From: Gammaproteobacteria bacterium
Lineage (GTDB): Bacteria > Pseudomonadota > Gammaproteobacteria > UBA6186 > Azoamicaceae
Direction of reading: 5' to 3'
Assembly (NCBI GenBank): GCA_018061325.1
Contig: JAGOUJ010000001.1
Coordinates: forward strand, 654 to 64,653
DNA length: 64,000 nt
Under the pieces are notes generated by a model. The model was not told the origin of the DNA and did not search any database. It worked only from the letters and a program-made list of their open reading frames with translations. Below, piece by piece: positions 1-11,272 of the stretch. The translations under genes were made by a program, and so were the position numbers. Position 1 is the stretch's first letter. The number at the start of each line of letters is the position of its first letter.

Positions 1-1
1 T

Positions 2-475
2 GTGTTAGGACATTATGCGAAAGCCAATGTGTTGCCAGGTTTGGCGCTTGTGGAGTTTCGTGTTGATGCGGCAGTGATTACCTCTATCCAGGTTGGTGAT
101 GAATTAAGAGCTGATCAGTTTCGCGCAGGGCAGTGGGTCGATGTGACGGGTACGACCCGAGGCCATGGTTTTTCTGGTACGGTCAAACGACATAATTTTA
201 GAACCCAAAATGCTTCGCATGGTAACTCTTTATCACACCGTAAGCCTGGTTCTATTGGTCAAAATCAAACGCCAGGTCGTGTATTTAAAGGGAAAAAAAT
301 GGCAGGTCATGATGGGAATGCCCGTCGTACCATTCAGAGTTTAGCGATTGTACGTGTCGATGCTGAACGTAATGTGTTGCTCATTAAGGGCGCTATTCCG
401 GGGGCACCCGGTGGTCAGGTTCTGATCTGTCCATCGGTCAAACGAACCAACACCCAATTAACCGAAGTGGCCTAA
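2..475 (+). CDS. rplC: 50S ribosomal protein L3, C-terminal part (5' end outside window)
   Basis: ORF open to left edge. L3-type sequence ([18 protein letters not shown]). Followed by rplD-rplW-rplB in S10-operon order. Confidence 0.95.
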   Translation: MLGHYAKANVLPGLALVEFRVDAAVITSIQVGDELRADQFRAGQWVDVTGTTRGHGFSGTVKRHNFRTQNASHGNSLSHRKPGSIGQNQTPGRVFKGKKMAGHDGNARRTIQSLAIVRVDAERNVLLIKGAIPGAPGGQVLICPSVKRTNTQLTEVA

Positions 476-484
476 GGGGGATTT

Positions 485-1102
485 ATGAAGCTTGCATTGG
501 CTATACCGGGTGGGGTGTCGACCGAAGGATTAGACGTTTCTGCAACCACCTTTGGCAGAGATTTTAATGAAGCCCTGGTTCACCAAGTGGTGACAGCGTA
601 TCTAGCGGGGGGCCGTTCAGGTACCCGTGCACAACTTACGCGGGCCGAGGTACGTGGTGGTGGTGCGAAGCCCTGGGCACAGAAAGGCACAGGTAGGGCA
701 CGTGCAGGTACGATTCGTAGTCCTATATGGCGTGGGGGCGGTCGAACTTTTGCAGCAGGCCCCACGGATCATAGTCAGAAGGTCAATAAGAAAATGTATC
801 GTGCGGCGATGCAAGCGATTTTATCCGAGCTAGTACGGCAGGATCGTTTGGTGGTTGTTCAGGATCTAGCCCTTGCGCGGCCTAAAACACGAGACTTATT
901 GGATAGACTATCGGGTTTAGGCTTAAAGAATGTTCTTATTATTACGGATGCGTGGGATGAAAATGTACAGTTATCAGCCCGAAATGTATCCAAAATTGCA
1001 GTGTGTCAGGCAGCCCATGCGGATCCTGTCAACCTGATTAAGTTTGAGAAAGTGTTAATGACCGTTGCAGCAGTACGCCAATTCGAAGAGGTGCTGAAAT
1101 GA
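485..1102 (+). CDS. rplD: 50S ribosomal protein L4
   Basis: 205 aa with the [29 protein letters not shown] motif. Operon position matches. Confidence 0.96.
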   Translation: MKLALAIPGGVSTEGLDVSATTFGRDFNEALVHQVVTAYLAGGRSGTRAQLTRAEVRGGGAKPWAQKGTGRARAGTIRSPIWRGGGRTFAAGPTDHSQKVNKKMYRAAMQAILSELVRQDRLVVVQDLALARPKTRDLLDRLSGLGLKNVLIITDAWDENVQLSARNVSKIAVCQAAHADPVNLIKFEKVLMTVAAVRQFEEVLK

Positions 1103-1395
1103 ATGAGAAGCGTTTATATTCTATCATTTTAGGTCCGCATGTGACGGAAAAAAGTGTACGTTTGGCAGGATCTGCTAATCAAGTAGTTTTTAAGGTTGCT
1201 AAAGATGCAACCAAATTGGAATTGGCCGAGGCGGTTGCGAAGCTTTTTTCAGTCAAGGTGTTGTCTGTGCAAATGCTGAATGTGCGTGGTAAAGTGAAAA
1301 ACTTTAAGCAAGTTGCTGGGCAGCGCTCACATTGGAAGAAAGCCTATGTGCAATTAGCAGCAGGTCACACGATTAATATAGAAAGTTTTCAATAG
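1099..1395 (+). CDS. rplW: 50S ribosomal protein L23
   Basis: 98 aa. 4-nt ATGA overlap with rplD. Position between L4 and L2. Confidence 0.93.
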   Translation: MNEKRLYSIILGPHVTEKSVRLAGSANQVVFKVAKDATKLELAEAVAKLFSVKVLSVQMLNVRGKVKNFKQVAGQRSHWKKAYVQLAAGHTINIESFQ

Positions 1396-1411
1396 TCGGG
1401 GGTTTTAAGGC

Positions 1412-2239
1412 ATGGCAATTGTAAAAATGAAACCAACTTCTCCGGGGCGACGTTTTGTCGTGAAGGTGGTGGACGCAACCTTGCATAAAGGAAAGCCTTA
1501 CCAGCCCCTGCTCGTCGCAAAATCTAATACAGGCGGTCGCAATTCGCATGGTCGTATTACATCTTGGCATCGTGGTGGTGGGCATAAGCGTGCTTATCGC
1601 ATCATCGATTGGAAACGTAATAAAGAAAATATCCCTGGTATTGTCGAGCGTTTAGAGTACGATCCCAATCGCAGCGCGAATATTGCCTTGGTGTGTTATG
1701 CGGATGGTGAGCGTTGTTATATGATTGCGCCAAAGGGTTTAAAAATTGGTGCTTCCGTATTATCCGGTCAGCGTGCACCGATCGCCGTGGGTAATTGCTT
1801 ACCTTTAAGTCATATTCCCGTGGGTTCAGTCGTGCACTGTGTCGAGATGCAGATAGGTAAGGGTGCTCAGCTCGCACGGAGCGCGGGTTCTTCCATACAG
1901 TTTTTAGCGAAAGAAGGTCGTTTTGCCACGCTGCGTTTAAAATCAGGCGAAGTGCGTCGTGTGGCGCTCGATTGTCGTGCTACTATTGGCGAAGTCGGGA
2001 ATAGCGAACATAACTTAATAAAATTGGGTAAGGCTGGCGCTAGTCGTTGGCGTAATATACGTCCCCGTGTACGAGGTGTTGCCATGAATCCTGTGGATCA
2101 TCCCTTGGGGGGTGGTGAAGGACGTACCTCGGGTGGTAGACCACCTTGCACGCCTTGGGGTGTGCCAGAAGGTCGAAAGACACGTCGTAACAAGCGTACG
2201 GATAAGATGATTATCCGAAGACGTAAAGCAAGCAAATAA
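1412..2239 (+). CDS. rplB: 50S ribosomal protein L2
   Basis: 275 aa with the [10 protein letters not shown] and [14 protein letters not shown] motifs. Confidence 0.97.
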   Translation: MAIVKMKPTSPGRRFVVKVVDATLHKGKPYQPLLVAKSNTGGRNSHGRITSWHRGGGHKRAYRIIDWKRNKENIPGIVERLEYDPNRSANIALVCYADGERCYMIAPKGLKIGASVLSGQRAPIAVGNCLPLSHIPVGSVVHCVEMQIGKGAQLARSAGSSIQFLAKEGRFATLRLKSGEVRRVALDCRATIGEVGNSEHNLIKLGKAGASRWRNIRPRVRGVAMNPVDHPLGGGEGRTSGGRPPCTPWGVPEGRKTRRNKRTDKMIIRRRKASK

Positions 2240-2252
2240 GAGGGGTTAAACA

Positions 2253-2552
2253 ATGCCGCGTTCTTTAAGAAAGGGGCCATTTATTGATGACCATCTGCTG
2301 AGAAAAGTAGAGGTGGCCGTTGAATCGCGCATTAAAAAACCGATCAAGACTTGGTCCAGGCGTTCCATGATTTTACCTGTGATGGTCGGTTTAACTATCT
2401 TGGTGCATAACGGTCGTAACCATATACCTGTGTTAGTGACTGAAAATATGGTGGGGCATAAATTGGGCGAATTTTCACCAACGCGTACCTTTAAAGCGCA
2501 TGCGGGTGATAGGGCTACCAAGGCTAAGCCCGTCAAGAAGGATAAAAAATAA
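2253..2552 (+). CDS. rpsS: 30S ribosomal protein S19
   Basis: 99 aa. [13 protein letters not shown]-terminus and HNGR motif. Confidence 0.96.
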   Translation: MPRSLRKGPFIDDHLLRKVEVAVESRIKKPIKTWSRRSMILPVMVGLTILVHNGRNHIPVLVTENMVGHKLGEFSPTRTFKAHAGDRATKAKPVKKDKK

Positions 2553-2893
2553 TGACGACGCAGCAATTGGTTCGGGCAAAATTATCGGGTGTGGCGTTGT
2601 CGCCACAGAAGGCGCGCTTGGTTGCCGATCAAATTCGTGGTTTATCCGTGGCGCGTGCCATTGATCTGCTGAGTTTCAGTACGAAGAAGGCCGCACCTAT
2701 CATTAAGAAAGTCTTGTTATCCGCCATTGCGAATGCAGAGCATAATCAAGGTTTGGATATTGATAGTCTTTCCGTAGAACGTATTTTTGTCGATGAGGGG
2801 CCTCGTTTAAAGCGTATGAGCCCAAGGGCCAAGGGTCGTGGAAATAGGATTGTTAAAAGAAGCTGTCATATTACCTTAGTGGTTGCAGCTTGA
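2552..2893 (+). CDS. rplV: 50S ribosomal protein L22
   Basis: 113 aa. Operon position. [14 protein letters not shown] motif. Confidence 0.95.
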   Translation: MTTQQLVRAKLSGVALSPQKARLVADQIRGLSVARAIDLLSFSTKKAAPIIKKVLLSAIANAEHNQGLDIDSLSVERIFVDEGPRLKRMSPRAKGRGNRIVKRSCHITLVVAA

Positions 2894-2916
2894 GTTTTCA
2901 ATAGAGAGGATAAGTC

Positions 2917-3582
2917 ATGGGGCAAAAGGTACATCCCGTTGGTTTTCGTTTAGGTTATATCAGGTCGCCTTCTGCAAAGTGGCTTCCGGAGAATGGCGTT
3001 TCTTTTGCCAAAACCTTGGCCAGCGATTTAGCGATTCGTAGCTATATACAAAAATATTTACCGGAGTCCGCGGCGCTGAGCGATATTCTCATTGAGCGCA
3101 CGGGTCGCAATGTACGTCTTACCCTGAAAACGGGCAAGGCCCCGGCGATTATAGGGCATAAAGGTGATGGTGCTAGGAAGCTGCGTGCAGACCTTAGTGC
3201 AAAAATTGGTCAGCCCGTTGATATTCGTATTGAGGAAATTAGAAAGCCAGAGTTGGATGCTACTTTAGTGGCTCAAAATATTGCGCAACAGCTAGAGCGT
3301 CGCATTATGTTTCGCCGGGCGATGAAAAGAGCTCTGAGCACAGCCATACGTTTAGGGGCTAAAGGCGTTAAGATTTGTGTTGCGGGTCGATTGGGCGGTG
3401 CTGAGATTGCGCGCACAGAGATCTGTCGTGAAGGTCGTGTTCCTTTGCATACGCTTAGAGCTGATATTGATTATGGCACCGCGACTGCAAAGACAACCTA
3501 TGGCATTATCGGTGTGAAAGTTTGGATTTTCAAAGGCGAAATTCTATCATTAAAAGGGGTGAGCGACGATGCTGCAGCCTAA
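2917..3582 (+). CDS. rpsC: 30S ribosomal protein S3
   Basis: 221 aa. [14 protein letters not shown]-terminus. Confidence 0.96.
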   Translation: MGQKVHPVGFRLGYIRSPSAKWLPENGVSFAKTLASDLAIRSYIQKYLPESAALSDILIERTGRNVRLTLKTGKAPAIIGHKGDGARKLRADLSAKIGQPVDIRIEEIRKPELDATLVAQNIAQQLERRIMFRRAMKRALSTAIRLGAKGVKICVAGRLGGAEIARTEICREGRVPLHTLRADIDYGTATAKTTYGIIGVKVWIFKGEILSLKGVSDDAAA

Positions 3583-3985
3583 GCGAACGAAATTTCGCAA
3601 ACAGCAGAAAGGGCGTAATCGAGGTGTTGCAACCCGTGGAAATCGGGTGAGCTTTGGTGAGTTTGGTTTAAGAGCGCTGGGACATGCCCGTGTGACGGCG
3701 CGTCAGATAGAAGCCGCCAGGCGAGCGATTAGTCGTTATGTGAAACGAGGCGGTAAACTATGGATCAGAGTGTTTCCCGATAAACCGATTACTCAGAAAC
3801 CTTTAGAAGTGCGTATGGGTAGCGGTAAGGGTAATGTTGAATACTGGGTCGCACTGGTGCAGCCGGGTAGGGTCTTGTTTGAAATTGAAGGTGTGAGTGT
3901 TGAATTGGCACGTGAGGCTTTTCGTTTAGCCTCTGCAAAACTACCAATGTCAACAGAGTTAATTGCTCGGGAGATGATGGGATGA
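3569..3985 (+). CDS. rplP: 50S ribosomal protein L16
   Basis: 138 aa. [20 protein letters not shown]-terminus. Confidence 0.96.
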   Translation: MLQPKRTKFRKQQKGRNRGVATRGNRVSFGEFGLRALGHARVTARQIEAARRAISRYVKRGGKLWIRVFPDKPITQKPLEVRMGSGKGNVEYWVALVQPGRVLFEIEGVSVELAREAFRLASAKLPMSTELIAREMMG

Positions 3986-4179
3986 AGACCGCAGAATTAC
4001 AGCTCAAAACGGTGACTGAAATCCGAGAGCTGGTCAGTACGCTTAGACGTACACAGTTTAAGTTGCGATTGTTAAAGTCGAATGCCGATGTAAAGCAGAC
4101 GCATGGTATTAAACAAGCGCGTCGAGCGATTGCCCGGGCATTGACCCTGTTGGCACAAAAAGAAGGACAAGCCTCATGA
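3982..4179 (+). CDS. rpmC: 50S ribosomal protein L29
   Basis: 65 aa. 4-nt overlap with rplP. Operon position. Confidence 0.9.
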   Translation: MKTAELQLKTVTEIRELVSTLRRTQFKLRLLKSNADVKQTHGIKQARRAIARALTLLAQKEGQAS

Positions 4180-4439
4180 CTGAATGTGCTATCAAGGGTA
4201 GAACCCTACAGGGTATTGTCCTCTCTTCCAAGGCTGATAAAACAGCCGTGGTTCGGGTGGTCAGAAGAGTTAAGCATGCCTTATACGGCAAAATTGTGAA
4301 TCGATTTACACAATTGCAGGTGCATGATGCTGAAAATCAGTGTCATGAAGGGGATGAGGTAGTCATTCGTGAATGTAGGCCTCTTTCTAAAACAAAAGCT
4401 TGGGTTTTGGTGAAGCGACTTGAAAAGGTGTGCTCGTGA
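4176..4439 (+). CDS. rpsQ: 30S ribosomal protein S17
   Basis: 87 aa. 4-nt overlap with rpmC. Operon position. Confidence 0.92.
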   Translation: MTECAIKGRTLQGIVLSSKADKTAVVRVVRRVKHALYGKIVNRFTQLQVHDAENQCHEGDEVVIRECRPLSKTKAWVLVKRLEKVCS

Positions 4440-4473
4440 ATGCTATGATGCTCCCCTTTGAAGGAGGTCAGCC

Positions 4474-4845
4474 ATGATACAAATGCAGTCCGTTCTGAAA
4501 GTGGCAGACAATAGTGGTGCCCGCAGCGTGAAATGTATTAAAGTCCTGGGTGGCTCTAAGCGTCGCACAGCTGGTATTGGGGATGTTATTGTCGTCAGTG
4601 TGCAAGAGGCCGCGCCCAAAGGAAAAGTCAAAAAAGGTGAAGTGCTGAAGGCAGTGATTGTACGTTCTGCGTATGGTGTGCGTCGAGCCGATGGTTCTGT
4701 TATTCGTTTCGATGATAATGCAGTTGTTTTGTTAAATAATCAGTTGCAGCCTCTGGGTACACGTGTTTCAGGTCCTGTGACGCGCGAATTACGTGAGCGA
4801 GAGCAGTTTATGAAAATTATTTCTTTGGCCTTAGAAGTATTGTAG
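4474..4845 (+). CDS. rplN: 50S ribosomal protein L14
   Basis: 123 aa. [18 protein letters not shown]-terminus. Confidence 0.97.
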   Translation: MIQMQSVLKVADNSGARSVKCIKVLGGSKRRTAGIGDVIVVSVQEAAPKGKVKKGEVLKAVIVRSAYGVRRADGSVIRFDDNAVVLLNNQLQPLGTRVSGPVTRELREREQFMKIISLALEVL

Positions 4846-4856
4846 GTAGAGTCCCT

Positions 4857-5183
4857 ATGAAAAAAATTAAGAAAGGTGATACGGTAATCGTTAAAGCAGG
4901 CAAGGATAAGGGCCGTTCGGGTCAGGTATTGGCTGTTTTAGGTGCTTCCTGTGCTTCGAGTGTCCGCGTTTTGGTCGAAGGGATCAATCTTGTAAAGCGG
5001 CATATTAAAGCGACGCAGGATCGTGCAGGTGGTATTATTCAAAAAGAGGCATCTATCCATATTTCCAATATTGCTATGTTAAATCAGGCCACGGCCAAGG
5101 CCGATAAAGTGGGCTTTAAAACACTAGAAGATGGTCGCAAGGTGCGGTTCTTTAAATCGACTGGAGAGATCTTAGATGCATAA
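4857..5183 (+). CDS. rplX: 50S ribosomal protein L24
   Basis: 108 aa. [20 protein letters not shown] motif. Confidence 0.94.
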   Translation: MKKIKKGDTVIVKAGKDKGRSGQVLAVLGASCASSVRVLVEGINLVKRHIKATQDRAGGIIQKEASIHISNIAMLNQATAKADKVGFKTLEDGRKVRFFKSTGEILDA

Positions 5184-5724
5184 GGCGACGGGTTTAAAGG
5201 CGTTTTACAAAGAAGTAGTGCTTCCAAAGTTGACCAAGGAATTTCATTATAAATCAGTGATGCAGGTTCCCAAGATCACCAAGATAACGCTTAATATGGG
5301 TGTGGGGCAGGCTGCCAATGATAAGAAATTGGTGGATCAGGCTTTTGCCGATTTAATGCGTATTGCAGGACAAAAACCGGTGATTACCAAGACGCGTAAA
5401 TCGGTGGCGGGTTTCAAAATTCGTGAAGGTTGGCCTATTGGTTGTATGGTGACGCTACGGGGCGATCGCATGTACGATTTTTTAGAGCGTTTATTGTTTA
5501 TTGCGATCCCTCGGATCCGAGATTTTCGTGGTTTGAATCGTCGTTCATTCGATGGGCGCGGTAATTATGCGATGGGTGTTACCGAGCAGATTATTTTCCC
5601 TGAAATTCAGTATGATAAAATTGAGGCCCTACGTGGCATGGATATCGTGATCACCACAACGGCCGGTAATAATCAAGAAGGCTTGGCTTTGTTGGCTGCT
5701 TTTCAGTTTCCGTTTAGAGAGTAA
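5176..5724 (+). CDS. rplE: 50S ribosomal protein L5
   Basis: 182 aa. [18 protein letters not shown] motif. Confidence 0.96.
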   Translation: MHKATGLKAFYKEVVLPKLTKEFHYKSVMQVPKITKITLNMGVGQAANDKKLVDQAFADLMRIAGQKPVITKTRKSVAGFKIREGWPIGCMVTLRGDRMYDFLERLLFIAIPRIRDFRGLNRRSFDGRGNYAMGVTEQIIFPEIQYDKIEALRGMDIVITTTAGNNQEGLALLAAFQFPFRE

Positions 5725-5727
5725 ACT

Positions 5728-6033
5728 ATGGCAAAATTATGCAAGGTCAATAAGGATAAGCGTCAACGAAAGTTGGTATCGCATTTTCAGGTCATACGTG
5801 CTGCATTGCGCGCACAAATTCGGGACCCCAATCTCAGTTTTGAAAAGAAACTGCTGGTTCAAAAGAAAATGCAAGATTTACCCAAAGATTCTAACCGTTG
5901 TCGTTTAAGAAATCGTTGTTTAGTCACGGGTCGCTCGCGCGGTGTGTATCGCCGATTTGGTTTAGGCCGTACTAAGCTTCGGGAGTTTGCCATGCAGGGC
6001 CTGATTCCCGGGATTCGCAAAGCCAGTTGGTAA
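5728..6033 (+). CDS. rpsN: 30S ribosomal protein S14 (long form)
   Basis: 101 aa, ending in [11 protein letters not shown]. Confidence 0.95.
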   Translation: MAKLCKVNKDKRQRKLVSHFQVIRAALRAQIRDPNLSFEKKLLVQKKMQDLPKDSNRCRLRNRCLVTGRSRGVYRRFGLGRTKLREFAMQGLIPGIRKASW

Positions 6034-6043
6034 AGGAGCGTCG

Positions 6044-6439
6044 ATGAGTTTACAAGATCCAATCGCCGATATGCTAACCCACATAAGAAATGGGCAGATG
6101 GCGAACAAAGCCCAAGTTGTGGTGCCAGCCTCTAGAAAAAAAGTGGATATTTTGTCTGTGCTCAAGCAAGAAGGTTATATTGCATCCTTTGAGCGTGTAG
6201 GAACCGTCAAAGTTCAACTGGTGATACAGCTGAAGTATTTCAATAAAGGGCAGCCGGTAATCGAAAGTATTAAACGTGTGAGTCGACCAGGCTTGCGTGT
6301 TTATGTACACAAAGACAAGCTACCCAAAGTGATGGGTGGATTGGGTATTGCTGTACTCTCTACTTCTAGGGGCGTGATGACGGATAAAGAAGCCGCACGT
6401 TTGGGACAAGGCGGCGAAGTTCTTTGCTTGGTGGCCTAA
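6044..6439 (+). CDS. rpsH: 30S ribosomal protein S8
   Basis: 131 aa. [18 protein letters not shown]-terminus. Confidence 0.96.
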   Translation: MSLQDPIADMLTHIRNGQMANKAQVVVPASRKKVDILSVLKQEGYIASFERVGTVKVQLVIQLKYFNKGQPVIESIKRVSRPGLRVYVHKDKLPKVMGGLGIAVLSTSRGVMTDKEAARLGQGGEVLCLVA

Positions 6440-6451
6440 AAGGGGATTGCG

Positions 6452-6979
6452 ATGTCGAGAATTGCCAGAAAAGCTATAGAGATTAAAGCAGGTGTTGATT
6501 TGCATCTTGCAGGCCGCGCGCTTTCCATTAAGGGAAAACATGGTGTTTTTGACTATCATTTGCATGAGGCTGTTGATGTGGCGGTTGAAGGGAAGACTTT
6601 GAAGGTCTTGGCCAAAAACAAGCCGCATCCCATGGTTGGTACAACCTTCAGACTCATCCAGAATATGATCCACGGTGTTTCCGAGCTTTTTAACGTAGAG
6701 CTAGAGCTTGTGGGTGTGGGTTATCGTGCCAAAATTCAGGGCGCACAATTAGAATTAAGTTTAGGTTATTCCAATCCAGTCCTTTTCCCGATACCTGCAG
6801 GTGTGTCTGTGGTTGTGCCGGTGCCTGCAAAAATTATACTGCAAGGTATCAATAAGGAATTATTGGGTAAAATAGCTGCGGAAATTTGTGAGTGTAGACC
6901 ACCAGAGTCTTACAAGGGTAAAGGGATCCGTCGTTTTGGTGCGGTGATTCCTCTGAAACAGACCAAAAAGAAGAAGTAG
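6452..6979 (+). CDS. rplF: 50S ribosomal protein L6
   Basis: 175 aa. MSRIARKAIEI N-terminus. Operon position. Confidence 0.95.
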   Translation: MSRIARKAIEIKAGVDLHLAGRALSIKGKHGVFDYHLHEAVDVAVEGKTLKVLAKNKPHPMVGTTFRLIQNMIHGVSELFNVELELVGVGYRAKIQGAQLELSLGYSNPVLFPIPAGVSVVVPVPAKIILQGINKELLGKIAAEICECRPPESYKGKGIRRFGAVIPLKQTKKKK

Positions 6980-6987
6980 GGGCCTTT

Positions 6988-7341
6988 ATGAATAACATGC
7001 GTAATGCACGCCAGCGTCGTATCCGACGCAGCCGGGCCAAGATTGCTGAATTAAATGTTGCTTATCTAAGTGTCTATCGTAGTGCGCAACATATTTATGC
7101 GCAGGTTTTTTGTCCCAGGGGCGCTTTGGTTTTAGCTGCGGCTTCTAGTTTAGAGGCTGTCCTGAAGAATAAAGACAAGGGCAATAAAGTGCAATTGGCG
7201 GAGGCTGTAGGACATTTAGTGGCCGAGCGTGCAAAGGCTAAAGGCGTTCAGCGCATTGCTTTTGATCGTTCTGGATACCGCTATCATGGTCGTGTAAAGG
7301 CCTTGGCAGAGGCCGCAAGAGCTGGTGGCTTAATTATTTAA
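6988..7341 (+). CDS. rplR: 50S ribosomal protein L18
   Basis: 117 aa. C-terminal FDRSGYRYHGRVKALAEAAR motif. Confidence 0.95.
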   Translation: MNNMRNARQRRIRRSRAKIAELNVAYLSVYRSAQHIYAQVFCPRGALVLAAASSLEAVLKNKDKGNKVQLAEAVGHLVAERAKAKGVQRIAFDRSGYRYHGRVKALAEAARAGGLII

Positions 7342-7367
7342 GGTTTTACTTAAAGGGTTTATAAACG

Positions 7368-7880
7368 ATGGCAAGTGTAGCAGTCGATCAAAAAGGGGAT
7401 GGCTTTCAAGAAAAGCTTATCGCTGTGCGTCGCAGTGCGACTGTGGTGAAAGGTGGCCGAAAGTTTAGTTTTTCTGCTTGGACCGTGGTGGGCGATGGTA
7501 AAGGTCGTTTTGGGATTGGGCGCAGTAAAGCCCGTGAAGTCCCAGTTGCGATTCAAAGAGCGATGGAAAATGCACGACGTAATTTGATACGTATCGATCT
7601 CAATGGCAGCACTTTGCATCATCCTATTCGAGCCAGTCATGGCGCCTCTACGGTCCTTATGTTTCCTGCCAAAGATGGTACAGGTATTATTGCAGGCGGA
7701 TCCATGCGCGCCATTTTCGAGGTCTTGGGTATTCATAATGTGCTGGCCAAATCGTTAGGATCCACGAATCCTGTCAATGTTGTCCGTGCAACGGTCAAAG
7801 GGTTACAACAAATGTCTTCTGCCGAGCAGGTTGCTGCCAAACGTGGTAAGACCGTGGCTGAGATTGTGGGGAACGACTAA
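7368..7880 (+). CDS. rpsE: 30S ribosomal protein S5
   Basis: 170 aa. [18 protein letters not shown] motif. Confidence 0.96.
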   Translation: MASVAVDQKGDGFQEKLIAVRRSATVVKGGRKFSFSAWTVVGDGKGRFGIGRSKAREVPVAIQRAMENARRNLIRIDLNGSTLHHPIRASHGASTVLMFPAKDGTGIIAGGSMRAIFEVLGIHNVLAKSLGSTNPVNVVRATVKGLQQMSSAEQVAAKRGKTVAEIVGND

Positions 7881-7881
7881 A

Positions 7882-8316
7882 ATGATGCGCTTAAACACAT
7901 TAAAACCAGCTCCAGGTTCCAAGAAAAAAGCAACACGTTTAGGACGTGGTATTGGCTCAGGTCTAGGAAAAACCTGTGGTAAAGGGCATAAAGGACAAAA
8001 GGCACGCGCGGGTGGTTATCATAAAGTGGGTTTTGAGGGTGGTCAGATGCCTTTGCAAAGACGCTTACCCAAATTTGGTTTTCATTCAGCGATGTCAAAA
8101 GATTGTGCGGAATTACGCGTGGATCAATTAGCGAAGCTAGGTCCGATTTCGATTGATTTAGAGGCTTTATGGAACGCTAAAGTGTTTCCTAAGACGATTA
8201 AACGCGTCAAAGTTATTTTGGCAGGAACTATTACCCAGGCTGTGGTATTAAAAGGGATTGCCGTGACAAAAGGCGCCAAGCAGGCTATCGAGGCTGCTGG
8301 GGGCAGGATCGAATAG
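7882..8316 (+). CDS. rplO: 50S ribosomal protein L15
   Basis: 144 aa from the ATG at 7882 ([15 protein letters not shown]). The tracked ORF start at 7777 lies inside rpsE and is rejected. Confidence 0.95.
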   Translation: MMRLNTLKPAPGSKKKATRLGRGIGSGLGKTCGKGHKGQKARAGGYHKVGFEGGQMPLQRRLPKFGFHSAMSKDCAELRVDQLAKLGPISIDLEALWNAKVFPKTIKRVKVILAGTITQAVVLKGIAVTKGAKQAIEAAGGRIE

Positions 8317-8319
8317 TCT

Positions 8320-9627
8320 ATGCAAAAAAGCAGACAAATAGGGGCTCAAAGCGGCGTTTCAGAACTGAAGAAACGGGTATTCTTTTTAATAGGAGCCTTG
8401 TTGGTTTTTAGGATCGGAGCGCATATCCCTGTTCCCGGTTTAGATCCTGCGCGGTTATCAGAATTATTCAATAGCAACCGTGGTATCTTGGGGCTTTTTA
8501 ATCTTTTCTCCGGTGGTGCCTTAGCCCGTTTAACCGTCTTTGCACTGGGTATTATGCCCTATATCTCGGCTTCTATTATTATTCAATTGTTAACCGTTGC
8601 ATGGCCACTGCTTGAACAACTCAAAAAAGAAGGTCAAACAGGGCGCCGCAAGCTTTCGCGTTATACCCGTTATGCCACGTTGTGCTTAGCTTCTGTACAA
8701 GCTTTTGGTATGGCAAAATATTTAGCCAGTGCAGGCATTGCATTAGATCCCAATCTTACCTACTATTTTACTGTCACTTTAACCCTGGTTACGGGTACGC
8801 TCTTTTTAATGTGGTTGGGTGAACAAGTCACCGAGCGTGGTATTGGTAATGGTATATCGCTTATTATTTTTGCAGGTATTGTTGCAGGCTTACCCAGTGC
8901 TGTACTGAATACCCTCGAGAAGGTGAGTCAGGGTGAAATGCAGGCTATTAGTTTGTTGTTGCTCTGTGTGATGCTTGTCGTGGTGATCAGTGTGGTGGTC
9001 TTTATTGAGAGGGGACAACGCAGGATCACGGTTAACTATGCACAAAGGCAGCAAGGTCGTCAGATCTATGCAGCACAAAAAAGTCACTTACCTCTAAAGT
9101 TGAATATGGCAGGCGTAATCCCCCCTATTTTCGCCTCTAGTTTAATTCTTTTCCCAGCGACCATTAGTCAGTGGTTCGCCAAGAGTCCGGGTATGGAATG
9201 GTTAGGTCGCGTAAGCATGGCCTTGTCGCCTGGGCAACCACTTTATATTGTATTATTTGGCTCAGCGATTGTTTTCTTTTGTTTTTTCTATACTGCTTTG
9301 GTTTTTAATCCCCGAGAAACAGCCGAGAATTTAAAAAAATCGGGGGGCTATATTCCGGGTATGCGTCCGGGTGAACAGACAGCGCAGTATATTGATAAAG
9401 TGATGACACGTCTCACCGTTGTGGGGGCCGTGTACATTACTTTAGTCTCTTTATTACCAGAGTTTCTGGTCATGGCCTGGAATGTGCCTTTTTATTTTGG
9501 TGGAACCTCGTTATTGATTATTGTAGTCGTGGTGATGGACTTTATGGCGCAAGTGCAAGCGCATCTGATGTCTCATCAGTATGAATCTTTAATGAAAAAG
9601 GCCAACTTAAAAGGTTTAAAGGGGTAG
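8320..9627 (+). CDS. secY: Preprotein translocase subunit SecY
   Basis: 435 aa, polytopic. [25 protein letters not shown] motif. Position after rplO. Confidence 0.97.
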   Translation: MQKSRQIGAQSGVSELKKRVFFLIGALLVFRIGAHIPVPGLDPARLSELFNSNRGILGLFNLFSGGALARLTVFALGIMPYISASIIIQLLTVAWPLLEQLKKEGQTGRRKLSRYTRYATLCLASVQAFGMAKYLASAGIALDPNLTYYFTVTLTLVTGTLFLMWLGEQVTERGIGNGISLIIFAGIVAGLPSAVLNTLEKVSQGEMQAISLLLLCVMLVVVISVVVFIERGQRRITVNYAQRQQGRQIYAAQKSHLPLKLNMAGVIPPIFASSLILFPATISQWFAKSPGMEWLGRVSMALSPGQPLYIVLFGSAIVFFCFFYTALVFNPRETAENLKKSGGYIPGMRPGEQTAQYIDKVMTRLTVVGAVYITLVSLLPEFLVMAWNVPFYFGGTSLLIIVVVVMDFMAQVQAHLMSHQYESLMKKANLKGLKG

Positions 9628-9688
9628 CCTTTAGGGGCCGAGAAGAGTACAATGCGGGCTCCAAGTCAAGAAAGCTTAGGAATACATC

Positions 9689-9805
9689 ATGAAGGTTAGG
9701 GCATCTGTGAAGAAAATGTGTGATGAATGTGTCGTCTTTCGGCGAGAGGGTGTTGTTAGAGTCACCTGTAAAAAGACTCGCAAGCACAATCAAAGGCAGG
9801 GTTAA
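9689..9805 (+). CDS. rpmJ: 50S ribosomal protein L36
   Basis: Hand-translated 38-aa ORF absent from the track: [38 protein letters not shown]. It has C11/C14/C27/H33 zinc ligands and lies between secY and rpsM. Confidence 0.93.
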   Translation: MKVRASVKKMCDECVVFRREGVVRVTCKKTRKHNQRQG

Positions 9806-9807
9806 GT

Positions 9808-10197
9808 ATGGCTATTCGTATTTCAGGTGTCATACTACCGCCTCATAAGCATATGCGCATTGCGTTGCGTGCTGTATATGGTATTGGTAATCACCATGCT
9901 TTGGCGATTTGTGCCAAAGTTGGACTCAGTCCTACCGTTAAAGTAAGTGATCTGAAAGATGAGCAGGTAACCCTGATTCAGGCTGCCGTCAATCAGTATG
10001 AAGTTGAAGGTGATTTACGCCGGCGTGTAGCCATGGATATTAAGCGCTTGGTAGATATTAAATCCTATCGTGGGATTCGGCATAAAAAAGGCTTGCCTGT
10101 CAGAGGCCAGCGTACTAAGACCAATGCCAGAACCCGTAAGGGGCGCAAGCGACAGAGCCAGCTAACGCCTAAGCAGAATACAGATTCGAAAAAATAA
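9808..10197 (+). CDS. rpsM: 30S ribosomal protein S13
   Basis: 129 aa. KSYRGIRHKKGLPVRGQRTKTNARTRKG motif. Confidence 0.95.
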   Translation: MAIRISGVILPPHKHMRIALRAVYGIGNHHALAICAKVGLSPTVKVSDLKDEQVTLIQAAVNQYEVEGDLRRRVAMDIKRLVDIKSYRGIRHKKGLPVRGQRTKTNARTRKGRKRQSQLTPKQNTDSKK

Positions 10198-10216
10198 GTT
10201 AGAGGGAAGCCCATAG

Positions 10217-10603
10217 ATGTCTAAAGTCGTTGCTGCGCGTACGCGCAAGAAAACAAAGCGTGTTGTGACAACGGGTGCGGTTCACGTGTTGGCAACCTTT
10301 AATAATACCCATATTACGGTAACAGATCCGCAAGGCAATGTGATTGCGTGGCGTAAAGCGGGTGGTGAGTTTAAAGGCTCGCGTGCGAGTACGCCGTATG
10401 CTGCACAAATGGCAGCTAGAAAGGCTATTCAGATGGCCAAAGAATTCGGTTTAAAAAGTGTAGAAGTCTATGTTTGTGGTCCTGGTCCTGGTCGAGAGTC
10501 CGCTATTCGGGCTGTTGGTGAGACTTGCCACGTGTTGCGCATTGTGGATAGGACAGGGATCCCACACAATGGCTGCCGGCCTGAAAAAGAGCGTCGTGTT
10601 TAA
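10217..10603 (+). CDS. rpsK: 30S ribosomal protein S11
   Basis: 128 aa. FNNTHITVTDPQGN and TPYAAQ motifs. Confidence 0.96.
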   Translation: MSKVVAARTRKKTKRVVTTGAVHVLATFNNTHITVTDPQGNVIAWRKAGGEFKGSRASTPYAAQMAARKAIQMAKEFGLKSVEVYVCGPGPGRESAIRAVGETCHVLRIVDRTGIPHNGCRPEKERRV

Positions 10604-10622
10604 GGGGAGAGGCTAGTATAAA

Positions 10623-11246
10623 ATGGCTAGATATTTAGGATCAACTTGCAAAGTATCCAGACGATTGGGTACCGATTTAAGCCTTAAGAGCCGGGTGCGT
10701 GACTTGGACTCCAAGTGCAAATTAAGCGCCTTGCCGGGTATGCATGGCCAAAAACGGACACGTCGTACGTCTGAACATGGTTTGCAGCTCAATGAAAAAC
10801 AAAAGTTTCGTTTTATGTATGGCGTTTTAGAAAAACAATTTCGTCGTTATTACCAGGAAGCAGCGCGTCGTAAAGGTGCTACCGGTGAGATTCTATTTCA
10901 ATTATTAGAATGTCGCCTAGACAATGTTGTGTATCGCTTAGGCTTTGGTAGTACGCGTGCAGAGGCCAGACAATTAGTTCGCCATAAAGCGATCCTTGTC
11001 AATGGTCATATGGTCAATATTCCATCCTATGCGGTGAAAGCCTCCGATAAAATCGAAGTGCGGGAAAAAGCAAAGGCTCAGGTGCGTGTGCAGGATGCCT
11101 TAAAATTGGCTGAAAATGCCGGTTTTCCAGAATGGGTTGAAGTAGATACGACCCATTTAAGCGGTGTTTTTAAACGTGTACCTGATAGAACGGATTTACC
11201 CGCCGAATTCAACGAACAGCTGGTGGTTGAGCTTTACGCGAAGTAA
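10623..11246 (+). CDS. rpsD: 30S ribosomal protein S4
   Basis: 207 aa. [20 protein letters not shown]-terminus. Confidence 0.96.
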   Translation: MARYLGSTCKVSRRLGTDLSLKSRVRDLDSKCKLSALPGMHGQKRTRRTSEHGLQLNEKQKFRFMYGVLEKQFRRYYQEAARRKGATGEILFQLLECRLDNVVYRLGFGSTRAEARQLVRHKAILVNGHMVNIPSYAVKASDKIEVREKAKAQVRVQDALKLAENAGFPEWVEVDTTHLSGVFKRVPDRTDLPAEFNEQLVVELYAK

Positions 11247-11272
11247 TACTATTTGTCCCTGAGGAGTGATTC

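Noticed and set aside
580-833. Three 61-68-aa ORFs inside rplD
   Set aside because: They overlap the conserved L4 gene and have Arg/Pro/Cys-rich composition typical of off-frame translation.
7777-7881. N-terminal extension of the rplO ORF (tracked start at 7777)
   Set aside because: It overlaps the rpsE 3' end in another frame. The conserved L15 N-terminus MMRLNTLKP begins at 7882.
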